Positions 25,709 through 38,375 of a stretch of 58,491 bases of DNA are shown one piece after another. The DNA is taken from contig JAHBMJ010000039.1 in assembly GCA_018398765.1 (NCBI GenBank), positions 1 through 58,491 on the forward strand, read 5' to 3'. Numbering within the stretch: the first letter of the stretch is position 1; every line of letters begins with the position of its first letter. Under the pieces are notes generated by a model. It did no database searches. It was not told where the DNA came from and saw only the letters and a program-made list of their open reading frames with translations. Source of the DNA: Chromera velia. Its lineage: Eukaryota. Both the position numbers and the translations under genes were made by a program.

Positions 25709-28700
25709 TGATCTCTTTTTACGGGGCGTGGCCCCTGATCACAGCCCGAGACATGCTGAGGCCGCAAAGTACCGGCTGGGGTAAGTTTACGCACGCTGTT
25801 TCTGACAACCTACGCTGCGCCGCACAGCCCTCTTATCTCTTGTCTACGCGGGCTGGTGGCGTAAACCTTCGTGCAAACGTGTACTTCTGCTGGCCGAGCA
25901 GGCCTGGCCGTGCGCTATCCGCAGTTTCGGGGCTAGACATCTAAGAGAGAGGAGCGCAAGCTCCAACTTATCTCAACTAACGAGCTGTAGCTTCTCTGAA
26001 CCTTTTTCCAGTGTGCTACTCCCGCGTGAACCGCGCGCTATACGAAGGCAAGCCGTCGGCCGCGCTAGCTATGCGATCTGGTATTTCAATCAGCTGCATT
26101 CATTCTATTATGCATAGTTTCTACTCATTCCTCTCTCTCAGACTCTTAAGTACTCTTAGGGGCTCTCTTAATCTGTGACAAACAGACATCAAACTCCAAC
26201 GATGCTATCCATTACTTAAGTGACGTGTTGCTTAAATGCAAAGGTCATATGCAGACTCGACTTCGACAACTTTGATCGACGCATGCGACACGTACATGCA
26301 TATAAGTCGATTGCGTATATATGCATGCGGCGGCGGAGCATGGCGTCGGCATGCAGGCTCATTCAGATACAGCGTATGCGAGGGTCCAGAAGGCGGCACC
26401 ACAGGGTAGGACTCCACAGATCCCCCCCGGCCACGAACAAGAAAATCGCGTCTCCACGTTCAGTCAGACACATTCGAGCATGCGCGGAAAGGGAAAAAAG
26501 GCAAGCAAAAGGACATGATCAACCATGCAGACGCAATGCAAACCCATATAACCAACAGAACACCTTCAAGGAGGTAGTCGAAAAAATCCAGGCGCGAAAG
26601 CTGACAGACAAAAAAGTTTCCTCCCATTGATGCAAGTCAATCAGATTAACGTACACAAAGGTACTATCACCACTGCCTTACCGGCAACGCTAACCCGCCA
26701 GGCCTTTCCTCGAAAAGCCTGTTTTAGGGACGTCGGCTTGCTCGGGGTCTGCAGAAGCATACCCTTCCTATCTAACAGCAGGGTCCGTCATTGGACGGCC
26801 GCAAGTTTCCCAATGCAAGGTCTTACGGCTCCCCAGCTTTCCATTAACCTTTCGTACCCCCCAGAAAGAAAGAACGAGACAAAAATACTAAACAGAAAGA
26901 GCAACACAGAGCAGGACACAGTCAGGCCTGCGCGGTATCCGTGTGGTCACATACATGCATGCATCTCCACGCCGATGCATGACATTACGCTTGCAGTCGT
27001 TTACTTTACTCTTTTTTTTTTTTTCATCTCCCTCTCTTTCGCTCTCCTACTTCTCACTCCCACTTTGCTTTCCCCTCTCTATCTTTTTTCCTCCTCCAAG
27101 GCGCCGGCCTCGCACTAATACGGCAAAGTTAGACGAGCAAACGCGGCTACATGGAGGCAAAAGTAAAGGAAATACACTCTCAACAACACATCCCGCATGA
27201 CAAGAGTTCGTTTCGATGCTACTAATAGAAAAGACAGCCACAGCAAGAAGCCAGAGAAGCAAACGGCCGAAACTGAGAAAAGAAAAGGGCAGACCGATCA
27301 ACCTTTTACAGAGCAATAAGCAGATTCAGTGGGACATGTGCGGCCAACCAAAGAACTAACAGAGCAAAAGTTCAGGCATGCACGTGCACACGTACACGCT
27401 CCCACCATATCAGATCTTCATATTCGTAAATGGGACAGTATCAGAGGGCACCGGAAGGCGGTAGATTAGAAAGCGGAGACGGCGCCAATGCAAAAATTCT
27501 AAGAGGGACAGACAGGCTCATTCCGCTAAATCCCCACTCTCCAAACTCTAAGATTTGTGCAGTTCCACCGTTTCCTTTTTCTTTCGTTTCTCTTTCACGC
27601 TGCCTTCGTTTCCCTTAAAGCGAGATGGAAAAACAAAGCTGCACTTCCTACACCTCTGTGGTCTCAAAACAAAGATGTAAATCGAACACCACCAATGATA
27701 AAGTGATCGAAAAGAAAAAAGCGGAACCGGTGGAAGGAGAGAGGTAGCCAACTCCATTTTCCGACTTCGTTCCACCTTCTCTCACTCTCTCTCTCTCTCT
27801 TTCTCAGACCAGCCTGCCGGAAGGAAGCGGGCGACAGACAGAAAAGTACGTCTGCAAGCAATCTCCTTCCGGCTCTCTTAATTTTTTGAATGCAAGTAGA
27901 CGGGCAAACGGAGGTATGCACAAAACGTGAAGAGACGGAGAAACCAGAGGGTGGCAGCAGAAAGCCTCACACACATATATTCACACACATATATTCATAT
28001 CTCTTCCTCCTCTCTCTTCTATCTCACTTCCTTCCCAAAGACTGCATGCGCGTCTTCACCTGTTGTCAATAACTATGTTACACCGTCGATCGACCGAACA
28101 TACAAGAACAGACATCAACGAATGAATGGTACCCGGTCAGACCTATCGGAGGGAGACGCCTAGCAGTACACCATCTGGCTCTATACAGATGCTTGCGCAG
28201 AGACGGCTGGCTCCACCAAGGCTCCCATCAACTCCCGTACTATGAGGGGGAAAGGCGATACCCAGAAAACCCAGAGGGCCTCCAAAGCACCGGCATCCCC
28301 CTGCAGGGAGAAGATGCAGAATGGACACAGAGGCATGCATGGGCTGTCCGCTCGCTTTTTCTTTTTTTCTTGTCGAACCAGACGTCTCTTTCAAGATTTC
28401 TTCCCTCTTTACTCCTCCTCCACTCATTTTCTCTCTGCCTCTTCCAGTCTCTTTTTCTCAAAGGAGGAAGCCAGGGATAACCCGAAACGTTTCAAAGCAG
28501 CAGAAGGAAACAAGAAGGAAACAGCGGATGAAGGCGCCCCCTCGTGCGCTCGTGCTCTCAACCACACGAGGGGTCTGACTCCCAAGTCATGTACAAAGAA
28601 GAGAAGCCGAGAGAGAAGAAAGGTTACTCTTCCAAAACGAGCTCCAGAAGTTCCGAATGCGCGGCACATGCGGCGCTCAGCTTGTTGTTCTCGCAGTCCG

Positions 28701-30263
28701 CCTTTTTGACGCTCAGCTTTGCAATGAGCTCACTCCCCCCCCAAGTTCAGTGCAGGGGCGTAAGGGTGGTCACAGGCAGTCACGGGCACACGCAGGCATA
28801 AACGGATAGCGGCGACAATCAGGCAGTCCTCTGCCTTTTTCACACGTAGCTGACGTAGGGGTAGGCAATCGAGTTGGAGTTCTCGTCGACAGAAGGACTC
28901 GACGGTCTCGTCGAGCACAAACACACTCTGCGTGTGTCAGTAGCTGCATAAAGGGAGGGAGGGAAGGGACCGGACACATTACAGACTGCCCCGCTGGTCT
29001 TTTTTTATCTTGTCTCTTCTTTTTGTCTCGTTTCATCCCTTTGCTGCTCCTTTCGATACATGAACTCTCAACTCCGGACAAAAGACGTTCCAGTCACACT
29101 CAGTCGCTAGTACTTCGTATGCTCTCGGCCAGCCTCGATTCGATTCACCCCCCCACCCCGAAGCAACCCTCCTTTCCCCTTCTTCTCCTCCCTTTTTCCC
29201 TCCCCTTCCCTTCCCCTTTGTCCCCCACTTTCACCCCGTCTTCCCCCTTCTCCCCCCTTTTCCCTCCCCTTCTTTTCCCTGTTAGTGGAAAATGTGCGCG
29301 GCGCCGGCGAAAGACGAGGCGGCAGCTGCCGTGTGCCCTACTCTGTCTCTTAGTAGGTCTGCTATGACCCTTCTACCTCTCTTGCCATCGAGGGCAGGCT
29401 CGATATCATTTCGTACCCCTTCTTTACTTCTTCTTTCTTCCTACTCCAGGCTCCCCGCATCAAGGTCCCAGAGCAGAAGGCCTTCCCCAGCTGGCACACC
29501 GGCCGTCACTGCGTTGTTCCATATGGTACACCACCACCTATCTCTTCTGTCTGTTTAACATACATGCAGAGTCTTATGCACCCGATCGAACGGCCACTTA
29601 TCGAACGATCCACGCGATAGCCAGACAGCCAGAAGCGATAAGCTCACTCTTGGAAGAAAACGGCAGCATCGCAGATATATAGAGAGACGAAGGGCATCTT
29701 CCTCTGTTTGAACACTGTCAGAGGACCAGTCCAGACAGACCCAGACATGCTGAAGGTGTTTACAGGCCACAAAGGTGGTCAGCATCTTGCAGACAAGCAA
29801 GCAACCAACAGCAAAAGACAAGCGAAGGTGATCAGCCGACACTCGTCCGGAAGACTGAGACAGTTGTAAAATTAAGAAACATTAGAAAAGTACTCGACTG
29901 GCCGTTTGGATTGCTCTGTGCTTGTAGGCGGCAGTCTTGGTGAACTTAAGCTCCTCGATCGAAAGCCTAAGCAATACTAGACAACATCTTCGCCATCGGC
30001 TTTGGCGACCTCCACCAATCCTCGGGCTCTCCACCTAAGGACAAAGGCAAAGTCCAGGATCAGACTCGACAGAGATCTCCAAAAGGGGACCCCAGGTAGC
30101 TTGGGATGTAAGAGGACGCTGAATTCCCCCACTTACGGTCTTTGCCTGACCGTGCCCATATCGTTGTAATCGGTTTTCTACTGTTGCGTAAAAGGATATA
30201 TCTGATCTCCATCACAGAAGATACACGAGAGTCGACACTTATTGAGCTGAGCGGTCACCACAA

Positions 30264-30766
30264 TGCTTTGTCCCTCCTGTCCAGCCACCTTACGGCATCC
30301 AGACAGAAGGTAAAGTAAGGATAAGAACCTTAGGGAAAATTTAGACAAGGAACGTGAGCAACACTCAGTCAGGCAACAGTTTACAGCAGGTTTGGCTCTA
30401 CATTAGTTTAAGTTCTCGCGCGATCTAATATTCCAATCAGCTGCGTTCATTCTATCATGCATAGTTTCTACTCATTCCTCTCTCTCAGACTCTTAGGGAC
30501 TCTTAGGGGCTCTCTTGATCTGTGACAAACAGATATCAGACTCTAACGATGTTATTCATTGCTTAAGTGACGTGTTGCTTGAATGCAAAGGTCATATGCA
30601 GACTCGACTTCGACAACTTTGATCGACACACGCAACATGTACATGCATGCAAGTCGATTGCGTATACATGCATGCGGTGGTGGAGTATGGCGTCGGCACG
30701 CGGGTTCATTCAGATACAGCGCATGCGAGGGTCTAGAGGGTGGTACCACAGGGTAGGACTCCACAC
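30264..30766 (-). repeat. 5' LTR (intact copy)
   Basis: Matches 20658-20812 followed by 26072-26418. Confidence 0.9.
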
Positions 30767-31319
30767 ATCATTATATATCACTATTACCTTAATACTGAAT
30801 TACAGTAATCAGCGCATTGAATTAACAGTAGAGTTACCAGAGTATTGTGCAAGCCGGTCCTTCGAGTGCGTATAAGTGCGAGATGTAGTAGATGGTCAGA
30901 AAGGATTTGGCTGCATGATGTTAGCTTATGTTAGCTGATGTGTTATATCATGTGTACCTGGCGAATCCTGGCGGGCGGGGNGGCCGGTCGCTGCACCCCC
31001 GGCGGCCCCCGTGAAAAAACTTAGCACGTACTCCGCGGGATCCGCACATCTCCGCATGCACCAACGCGCAGACAAATGACATGAACTGCCTCATACTGCC
31101 TCCGACGCATTAATTCTTGATGGTATTTGCAGTTTGACGCGTACTAGATCGTACTAGTCCAGGTCACTCTGTGCCTTTCGATTCTTCTCAGCAGAAGAAC
31201 GTTTCCACGTCGACACCTTTTCTAGTGTTGACAACACCAGAGTGCGTTGATCAAGCTTCCTGAATTTCATGCAACAGTGAGGGGCCAGTTGTAATTTTTT
31301 CCCGTGCGACACCTCCGTG

Positions 31320-33383
31320 ATGCTCTTTCCGGGCTTTCTCCTCCTCTCGGTGAGTTTCTTAGCCAGTTTCTCTTGCGCAGCTCTGTGTCCTGGCTTCAAA
31401 TAACACTCCGTACCCATGTTTGCAGGCCGCTTTGTGGAGCGCTTCAGAGGCCTTTTTGGTCTCGCTGGTGCCGTCTCCGTTTCGCCGTCCGGTGTTCACT
31501 CCAAGTGCTCGGCTGTTTGCTGGACTGTTGGACTGCGATAAACTCGAAACGCCTCGTGGGACAGAGAAAGAGGAGCAGAAAGAGATGGCAGTCCCGAGAC
31601 GGCAACCGCCACGATGGAAATCTCGAAAGTCTTCGGATCCCAGAGGAGACGCCGCACGGTCTTCATCAGGTCGTCGTGCCAACGGAGACGTCATACAGTC
31701 GTGGCCCCCGAGTCCTCCGAGACGATTTGAAGGGGCACGGGTTGGGGGGGGACAGCGTCGGGAAAGTGGGAAGGGACAAGGTTGGGGGGGTGAGAGAGAC
31801 CAAGACGTCGGACGGGGTCATGAAAGAAGGGAGAGAGACGGAAGAGGTGGGTGGCAAAGGGAGGGGGGTGGTGAGAGACGGGAACGCTTTCACAGGCACG
31901 GGGACAGTGAGAGAAACGGACGATTACATCGGGGAGGGGACAAAGACGGGCAGAGAGGCTGGCAGAGGGGCCGAGGAGATAGAGATGGAAGGGACAGAGA
32001 CGGGCAGGGAGGCTGGCAGAGGGGCCGAGGAGATGGAGATGGAAGGGACAGAGACGGGCAGGGAGGCTGGCAGAGGGGCCGAGGAGATAGACATGGAAGG
32101 GACAGAGACGGGCAGGGAAGCTGGCAGAGGGGCCGAGGAGATAGAGAGGGAGGGGACAGAGACGGGCGGGGGGGGTGGCAGAGGGGCCGAGGAGATAGAG
32201 AGGGAGGAGACAGAGACGGGCGGGGGGGGTGGCAGAGGGGCCGAGGAGATAGAGAGGGGGGAGACAGAGACGGGCGGGGAGGTTGGCAGAGGGAAAGAGG
32301 AGACAGAGAGGAAAGACCGCGCTGGCAAGAAGGAAGGGGAGAGGCAAACAGATTCCGCCAGCGGAAGACACGAGATGGAGACGGACACTGGGAGAAATTT
32401 GGTGACTCCAGTGAGTCCAGAGGTGGAAGAGAAAGAAGTTCTTTTGGAGAAAGCAGAGAAGATTTTGGAGATGATGTGAAGGATCCGGGTGGGGACGTTG
32501 ATCTGGAGAAGGGGGGGGCAGCGGCTCCTGATGTTGTCTATGAGGGTCCGACTGAGGGGGAGTTGGAAGGACTCAGGGCGTGCTTGGGCCTGACTGACCT
32601 TCAAGCATGGCAAATGTCGTCTTTTTCTGATATGATCGCTGAGTGGAATAAGAAGGTCAATCTGATCAGCAGAAAGAACATTGACAAGCTTTGGGAGAAC
32701 CATATTCTGCCTTCTGCGGCTCTTGCCGGCCTATTGCTTGAGAAGGCTGGAGAAGGGAGAGGAGATGACGACGAGACGGAAAGTGAAATTCCAACATGCG
32801 TTTCAGAATGCCTAGATGGTGCTGAATTCATTGACGTCGGCACTGGTGGGGGGTTTCCTGGTATCCCGCTGGCTATCTGTTTTCCGCGTGCGCGGTTTGT
32901 GTTAGTCGACTCTGTAGGGAAGAAGATTGACGTGGTGAAAGACGTAGTCAACCGACTGGGTCTCGAGAATGTTGAGACAGTGCAGACTCGAGCAGAGGGA
33001 CTTGAAGGGAAATTTGACTTCGTAGTCGGAAGGTCAGTAAAAATCTTTTTTGCTGTTCGTTCGTCTGCCTGTCTGTCTTGTGTGGAAGCAGGCGTCATGC
33101 TGTGGCGAGACACATCATTGATCGGGGGAGGGAAATGGTGTCGTGAGTTGCTTCTTTACGTTTCGGGGAAAACTCCTAGGTTGTTCGAGTGCATGACAGT
33201 TTCGTTCGTCTTGTCTGTCTTTGTTGTTTCTTTCGTTGCCTCCTTTCGTTCCTCCTCCCTCCCTTCTTCGTTCCTTCCTTCTTGTTTCTATTCAAGTTTT
33301 TTTTCTTCCTCACTTCCTCCCTTTCTTCCTTCCGTCCTTCCTTCCTCCCTTCTTGCCTTTCTTTCTTTCTTTCTTTCTTTCTT

Positions 33384-33418
<35 letters not shown>

Positions 33419-33531
33419 TTCTCTCTCTCACACACACACGCGCACTCTTGTACGTGAAAAGAAGAAGACCTGGAAGAATAAAGAAGCCTGCAGTCTGTCT
33501 GTCTGTTTGTCAGTTTGTCTGTTTGTCTCTT

Positions 33532-33563
<32 letters not shown>

Positions 33564-33755
33564 GGGAGGTGGAGAGGCAAGGGGCACTTAACTCTCACCT
33601 TTCGGGCCCCCTGCTCACGCTGTTTGATTGTTGGTGCTGTTCTTTTGTCTTTGTTCTTTCTTTCTTTTTGTCTGTTGTGTTCACGAAGAAACGGAGGGAG
33701 AAGAGGAAGAAACATATAGTCTGTCTGTCTGTCCGTCTGTCTGTCTGTCTGTCTC

Positions 33756-33796
<41 letters not shown>

Positions 33797-34772
33797 TTCC
33801 AAGCTGTCTCTCTCTGTCTCTCAGTCTCTGCGTGTGGATGCATCTATCAAGTCTTTGTCCATTTGTTTCTCTGTCGCGCAATATGCGTGTTTGTATTGGT
33901 CTCCATGTGTAAGCATGTTGATGTTCGTTTGTCTCCTCATCTCTTTTTTTCTGGAATTGTCTTGGGTGGCACCTCTTTTCCGTTCCACATCCGAAGTCGT
34001 TCTCTCCAGTCAGCCTTCTTTCAACATGAGCCCAAAGAATGTGTTGAGACAGGCGTCATCCATTCAGATCATACACCCGGCCGCGTACACATCCCCTTCT
34101 GTCATTTCTCTCTGCCGTCCTGTGGATTTGCCTCTCCTTCGCCGTTTGCATTTACCCTTCCTTCCCGTCTGTTTGTCTGTCTGTCTGTTTGTCGTTTTTT
34201 GGATCCACAATTCCTCCCTTCTCTTTCTTGTCTTCCCTGTCGCCCTCCCTCCCTGCAGGTCTGTCTCCTCTCTCTCTGATTTCTGTGAGTGGACTTTCAA
34301 GAACATGCGCCTTCCTTCTGACTACCGTCAAGGAGAAGGAGACGGAGGAGACGCCGATGAGGGCCCAGGGGGGCGCCTGAAGACCGGGTTTCTCCGAGAG
34401 GAGAATCTTCGATGGCAACGGTGGGGGTCAGTGCGGCCGGGGCTTTTATACATCAACGGGGGGGACCACAGGGAACAGACGGATGGCCTGGGGGTTCCCC
34501 CAGAAGGGATTTTCCCCCTTTCGGACACGCTTCCGAATGTGTACTTGGGAGACAAGTACGTCCTGCACTACACAGCCAAGCAGCTGTGGCTGAGTCCCAA
34601 ATGCCGAAAGAGACGGTCAGAGGCGCGCAAGCGAGAGTGGTTGCTTGAAGAGAAACGAAAACGAAAAGGAGAGTCAAGTCTCCAGCTCAACAGAAAGAGC
34701 ATCAGTGCCAGATTAGATCGAGCACACGCAGCACGACGACGCGAGGCATTCACTACGCAGTGGCGTTGGTGA
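31320..34772 (+). CDS. rsmG: 16S rRNA m7G527 methyltransferase RsmG/GidB, probably plastid-targeted (exons 31320-31349, 31426-33032, 34259-34772)
   Basis: RsmG motifs: EWNKKVNLIS...LWENHILPS, IDVGTGGGFPGIPLAI, LVDSVGKK, FDFVVGR|SVSSL. The spliced N-terminus MLFPGFLLLSAALWSASEA-FLVSL reads as a signal peptide followed by a Phe-initiated Ser/Arg-rich transit peptide. Confidence 0.88.
31937..32305 (+). repeat. Coding tandem repeat (48-51 bp, about 7 units) encoding GGWQRGRGDR(D/E)G(R/G)DRDG(Q/R)
   Basis: Seen in the sequence and in ORF 31420..33591. Confidence 0.9.
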
Positions 34773-36565
34773 ATCGATCGTCATTTTATGAACTCTTACA
34801 AAAATTCAACAAGGGAGCTATAAGCATGCATTCTTAGTATCAAGACTCAGTTCTCCTAAGAATCTACTTCATGACCGTGACGGTTTACGAGATTGATTGA
34901 TTCATTGATTGATTGATTGATTCATTGATTCATTGATTAATTGATTGATTGATTAGTTCCGTACAATGTGTCTTTCCACTATATCGATCTGTCGCTGATC
35001 AAATTTCTTTAAAATTATAGGATTAGGACCAGGATTGATGTTTGTATGAATCATGTTTTGGCCGCGGAACTTTCGCCTGTCTTTCAGGTTTCTGCGCGGT
35101 CGACTTACATAATTCCTAGCATAATTCCTAGTATAATTCTTCCTAGTAAGAATTAAGCTAAAATTGTTCTGGCATTGATGAACTCTAGCCAGACCAAGAA
35201 TATAACTTGAAGCTTAGTTTGAAGCCAATTAGTCCTAATGATACTAGCAATGACCTAGGCAATGACGGCAGAATCTAAGGCGTAACTTTGAATTGATGAT
35301 TCTCTATAGATAATTTTTTGAACTTTCTAAATTGAGTCGTTTAATTGACTAGCTGACTACTCTATTTTTTTTTTTAATCTTTTTTTAATTTTTTGGTAAC
35401 TATATAATAGTTAGAATAATATTAAATAATATATCAGATAGCCTGTACCTAGGTCTGCACTAGAGCGTACATCTAGGCCTATGTGAGATAGGATTTATAT
35501 CATATGGATCAAAGACCCAGGATTGAGAGTAAGTCCCCGCAGCCCACTGCGAGGTGTGACTTAAAACGTAAAATCTGCTTGAAAAGATGTTGTTTTTCTT
35601 ATCAGATTGCTTTATAATAGCAATGTGAACCTCATCATCTTTAAATCTGTTTTGACTTTTCAACTTTCAAGTCTAAAACTTTGGTGCGCGTATCCACCTT
35701 AGAAGTTCTTAGGTACTGGCAGTGGTCCGCGACGGTCTGTGGCCCCAGATGCGTGTATGCCTCTTGCCGCCAAGATTGTTGACCCTACTATGAGGTCAGA
35801 CGTGCATCTCTGTACGTAATTGAAGTCACCGGAATGCCCATGTGTGGGTGTTGTAGGGAGACGAGAAGAACGATGGCGGGATGGGACCCCAAGTGCGTCC
35901 CTGTGCCCACATGCCGTTGTAGCTCGCTGCGTTGTGAAGGGGAACCTGGCGGCCCGCCTCCTCGAATTCATTGGAGATGCCCATGCGTTCGGAGTATACT
36001 GCATGCACAGATACAGTGAGAGTGTGCAAGAGGAAGGAGAAAGAGAAAGCACCGTGGTGTCAAGCTGCCCCTTGGGTTTGTCAAGAGACTGTCGTGTTCT
36101 TGCTCATGAGCGTGCACAACCACAGCAAAACAAACGCCTTTGTTGACTCGCACTCAAATAAGCAAAGCAAAGGAGAATTGCAAAAATGACGCAGCATGAA
36201 ATCGTGCATCAGTTTGAAATTGTCAAATTGAAGGTGACAACATGATTCAAGATCAATCAAATGACGACTGCATCTGCTTTTTCCTTGAAATGGTGGATCC
36301 ACAATGCATTTATGGATGGATGGAGAAAAAAAAAAGTACAGGAAGATGCTTGGAGACAGATTGTTTGTATGTTCTCTATTCAGACAACTTCCTGAAGACT
36401 CGAACACATACGTTGGCCACATCACCCTTTGCTTTCTGACTTCTGTGGCCGCACTCGCTCTCTTGCTCATCTTTGGCAGACAACTACAGAGCAGTAGTGA
36501 CTCTTTCTTTCTTCATTCTTCCTGCGATGGTGACTTATTTCAAAATACTAATTTGTACTCGTCCT

Positions 36566-36613
<48 letters not shown>

Positions 36614-37307
36614 ACTGTCTGTCTGTCTGTCTGTTTGTCTCTCTGTCTGTCTGACCTTTGGTTCTCTGTACGTAGTCCTTGATCTGTTGCTTGTCTGCAA
36701 GCGTTTGGGTGTGTGTGGGATGAAGAAGGGGGTAAATTTACGGAGGGCCCTGTGCTCGAATATCCTTGTACGAAGAAAGAGAATGAATAATGAAGGCAGG
36801 AGGAAAATGGCAAGAGCGGAAAGAAGGAGGCAAGACAAGACACGATTGATCGAGAAGGATGCATCCATCAGGCGTGGACGGGACGATAGACCACACGAAC
36901 TCCATGTCTGTACGTAATCAGTGATCTGCCTTCGGACCGGGTTTTCTTTCTTTTATCATTTTCCTTTTAGAACTGACCGATGTGGTTCTTGCAGTGCGGA
37001 CACTCGAAGGGCTCGTTCCCTGTCGGCCATAACTGGGCAGCGGCGGCGCTGTAGGAGAGAGGGAGGGAGGGAGGCAGAGGAAGAGAGAACCAGACAATCG
37101 CATCAATGAAGCAAATGTTTGTTCTCTTTCTCTTTTTTCGCTTTCTTTTTTCCTCAGTTTCTTACATTTCCACAGTGAGGGGATTGCGTGAAATTCGAAT
37201 GCGATCTTCATCCCGGCGAAAGGGAATTGCTGTTTCAGGCACTGAATGACTGGCTGGCTGGTCTAGCTTGCTTATCTACACACTCACTCACTCATCAACC
37301 GTCTCAC

Positions 37308-38375
37308 TTAGTCGCTTACTTCTGGACTGGCCTGCTGGCTGACTGACTTGTATCCCTTCTGTGCGGTATCTAGGGCTTCCTTCTTCTTCTTTTCGTTCTC
37401 TGGGACGGAGGCCTTGCGGGGAGGTGCACGCTTCATCCCGGGGGGGGGGCCGCTGCCTCCCGCTCCTGCGCCGCCTGTCTGGGACGCTCTTCGCACCTTC
37501 GCTCTATCCTGCAGGACAAACCAGTTTTGTGCATTGAATGTTTTCTTCTGTCATGCCTTTGATGGAGCCTACAGCAGAATTGAAGTGCACATGTCGTCAC
37601 GGACTAATGGGGTGCCAGCGAACGTCACGAAGGTATTCTTCTGACAGGCCCTTCGACTGGTCTTGCAGGGAGAGAAAAAGAATCTGTCCTTCACGAGCAG
37701 AAAAGACGAAAATCAACATCTGTTCATACACAAGGACACTCGCCCGCTGATGCACTCCCACAGTGAGTGCCCTTAGTGTTCTGTCCCTCCCTCCGACCTC
37801 GTCGATCCTCTGTTTGGAGTGTTTGTAGAATTCGTTGAACAGCTCTTTGAACTCCTGCCAATCGACCTTCCCTGAATTGTCCGAATCCAATTCATCGAAC
37901 ACCGCTTGGACGAACTCATCAGATAAAGGGGTGTCGTAATCTTTCTGCATGAACATAAAGTCATGCAGAGAGTTCATGTAAAGATGCACATGCAGAAAGG
38001 ACAAGAGCCCACCGGATGAACCCTCGCGGGAACATGACACGAGGAAGAGTGAATGGAGGAGGAAGTTTAGGGGGGGGCATCCCCGAAAGGAACAAACAAA
38101 CCTACAATGGAGGCCGATGCATGCATGCAGAATGCAACGTGGACCCGTCTACGTTGATTCAAGAAATTTCACGGACAGTCAAGTCTGTCCATTTGACTAC
38201 AATGCACCCTGCCCCCATCCTCTTCCCCTCGCTACGAACGAACGTTCAGCTCATTGAGAAGAAGTTCGCACTCGTCCAGGTCCAGAGTGCCCGTCTTGTC
38301 CCTGTCATACTTGTTCCACAACTTTCTCAGCTCGTCGTCAGACAGAGCGGCAGCAGTTGACTCTCCATTTCCCAT
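37308..38375 (-). CDS. Small N-myristoylated two-EF-hand Ca2+-binding protein, about 159 aa (exons 38375-38244, 37944-37798, 37508-37308)
   Basis: Starts MGNGES (MGxxxS). EF loops are DRDKTGTLDLDE and DSDNSGKVDWQE. Introns are in-phase GT-AG. The tail is basic and low-complexity. Confidence 0.82.

Larger units (their letters stand above)
20813..26071 (-). mobile_element. Decayed tyrosine-recombinase (DIRS-order) retrotransposon with split direct repeats (Ngaro/PAT-like: A1-RT/RH-YR-B1-A2-spacer-B2)
   Basis: A repeats (363 bp) are at 25709-26071 and 21552-21914. B repeats (314 bp) are at 21915-22228 and 20813-21126. RT, RNase H and YR remnants lie between A1 and B1. The element is inserted inside an LTR with no clear TSD. 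Confidence 0.85.
20658..30766 (-). mobile_element. Non-autonomous LTR retroelement (LARD-like, probably Ty3/gypsy-derived) with about 500-bp LTRs
   Basis: The intact LTR is 30264-30766 (TG...CA). The other LTR is 20658-20812 + 26072-26418, split by a nested element. 4-bp TSD CATC at 20654-20657 and 30767-30770. On the minus strand, a PBS TGGTGACCGCTCAGC lies 3 nt inside the 5' LTR (30246-30260) and a polypurine tract GGGGGGGA lies next to the 3' LTR (about 26420-26430). No intact gag/pol is visible. Confidence 0.85.

Noticed and set aside
25709..25944. N-terminal part of RT ORF 25438..25794 and ORF 25585..25944
   Set aside because: The first is repeat A sequence fused to RT by deletion, and the second is antisense. 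Neither shows protein similarity.
26800..26870. Possible chromodomain remnant (GGYERLMESWG) near the PPT
   Set aside because: Too short and degenerate to support.
31304..32479. 391-aa ORF overlapping rsmG, plus antisense ORFs
   Set aside because: These are alternative frames kept open by the purine-rich repeat. Only the 31426 frame links the signal peptide to the RsmG domain.
33033..34258. Apparent hydrophobic C-terminus of ORF 31420..33591
   Set aside because: It is read-through into an intron made of CTTT/CTGT microsatellites.
35699..36200. Short ORFs between rsmG and the EF-hand gene
   Set aside because: No recognisable motifs or consistent exon chain.
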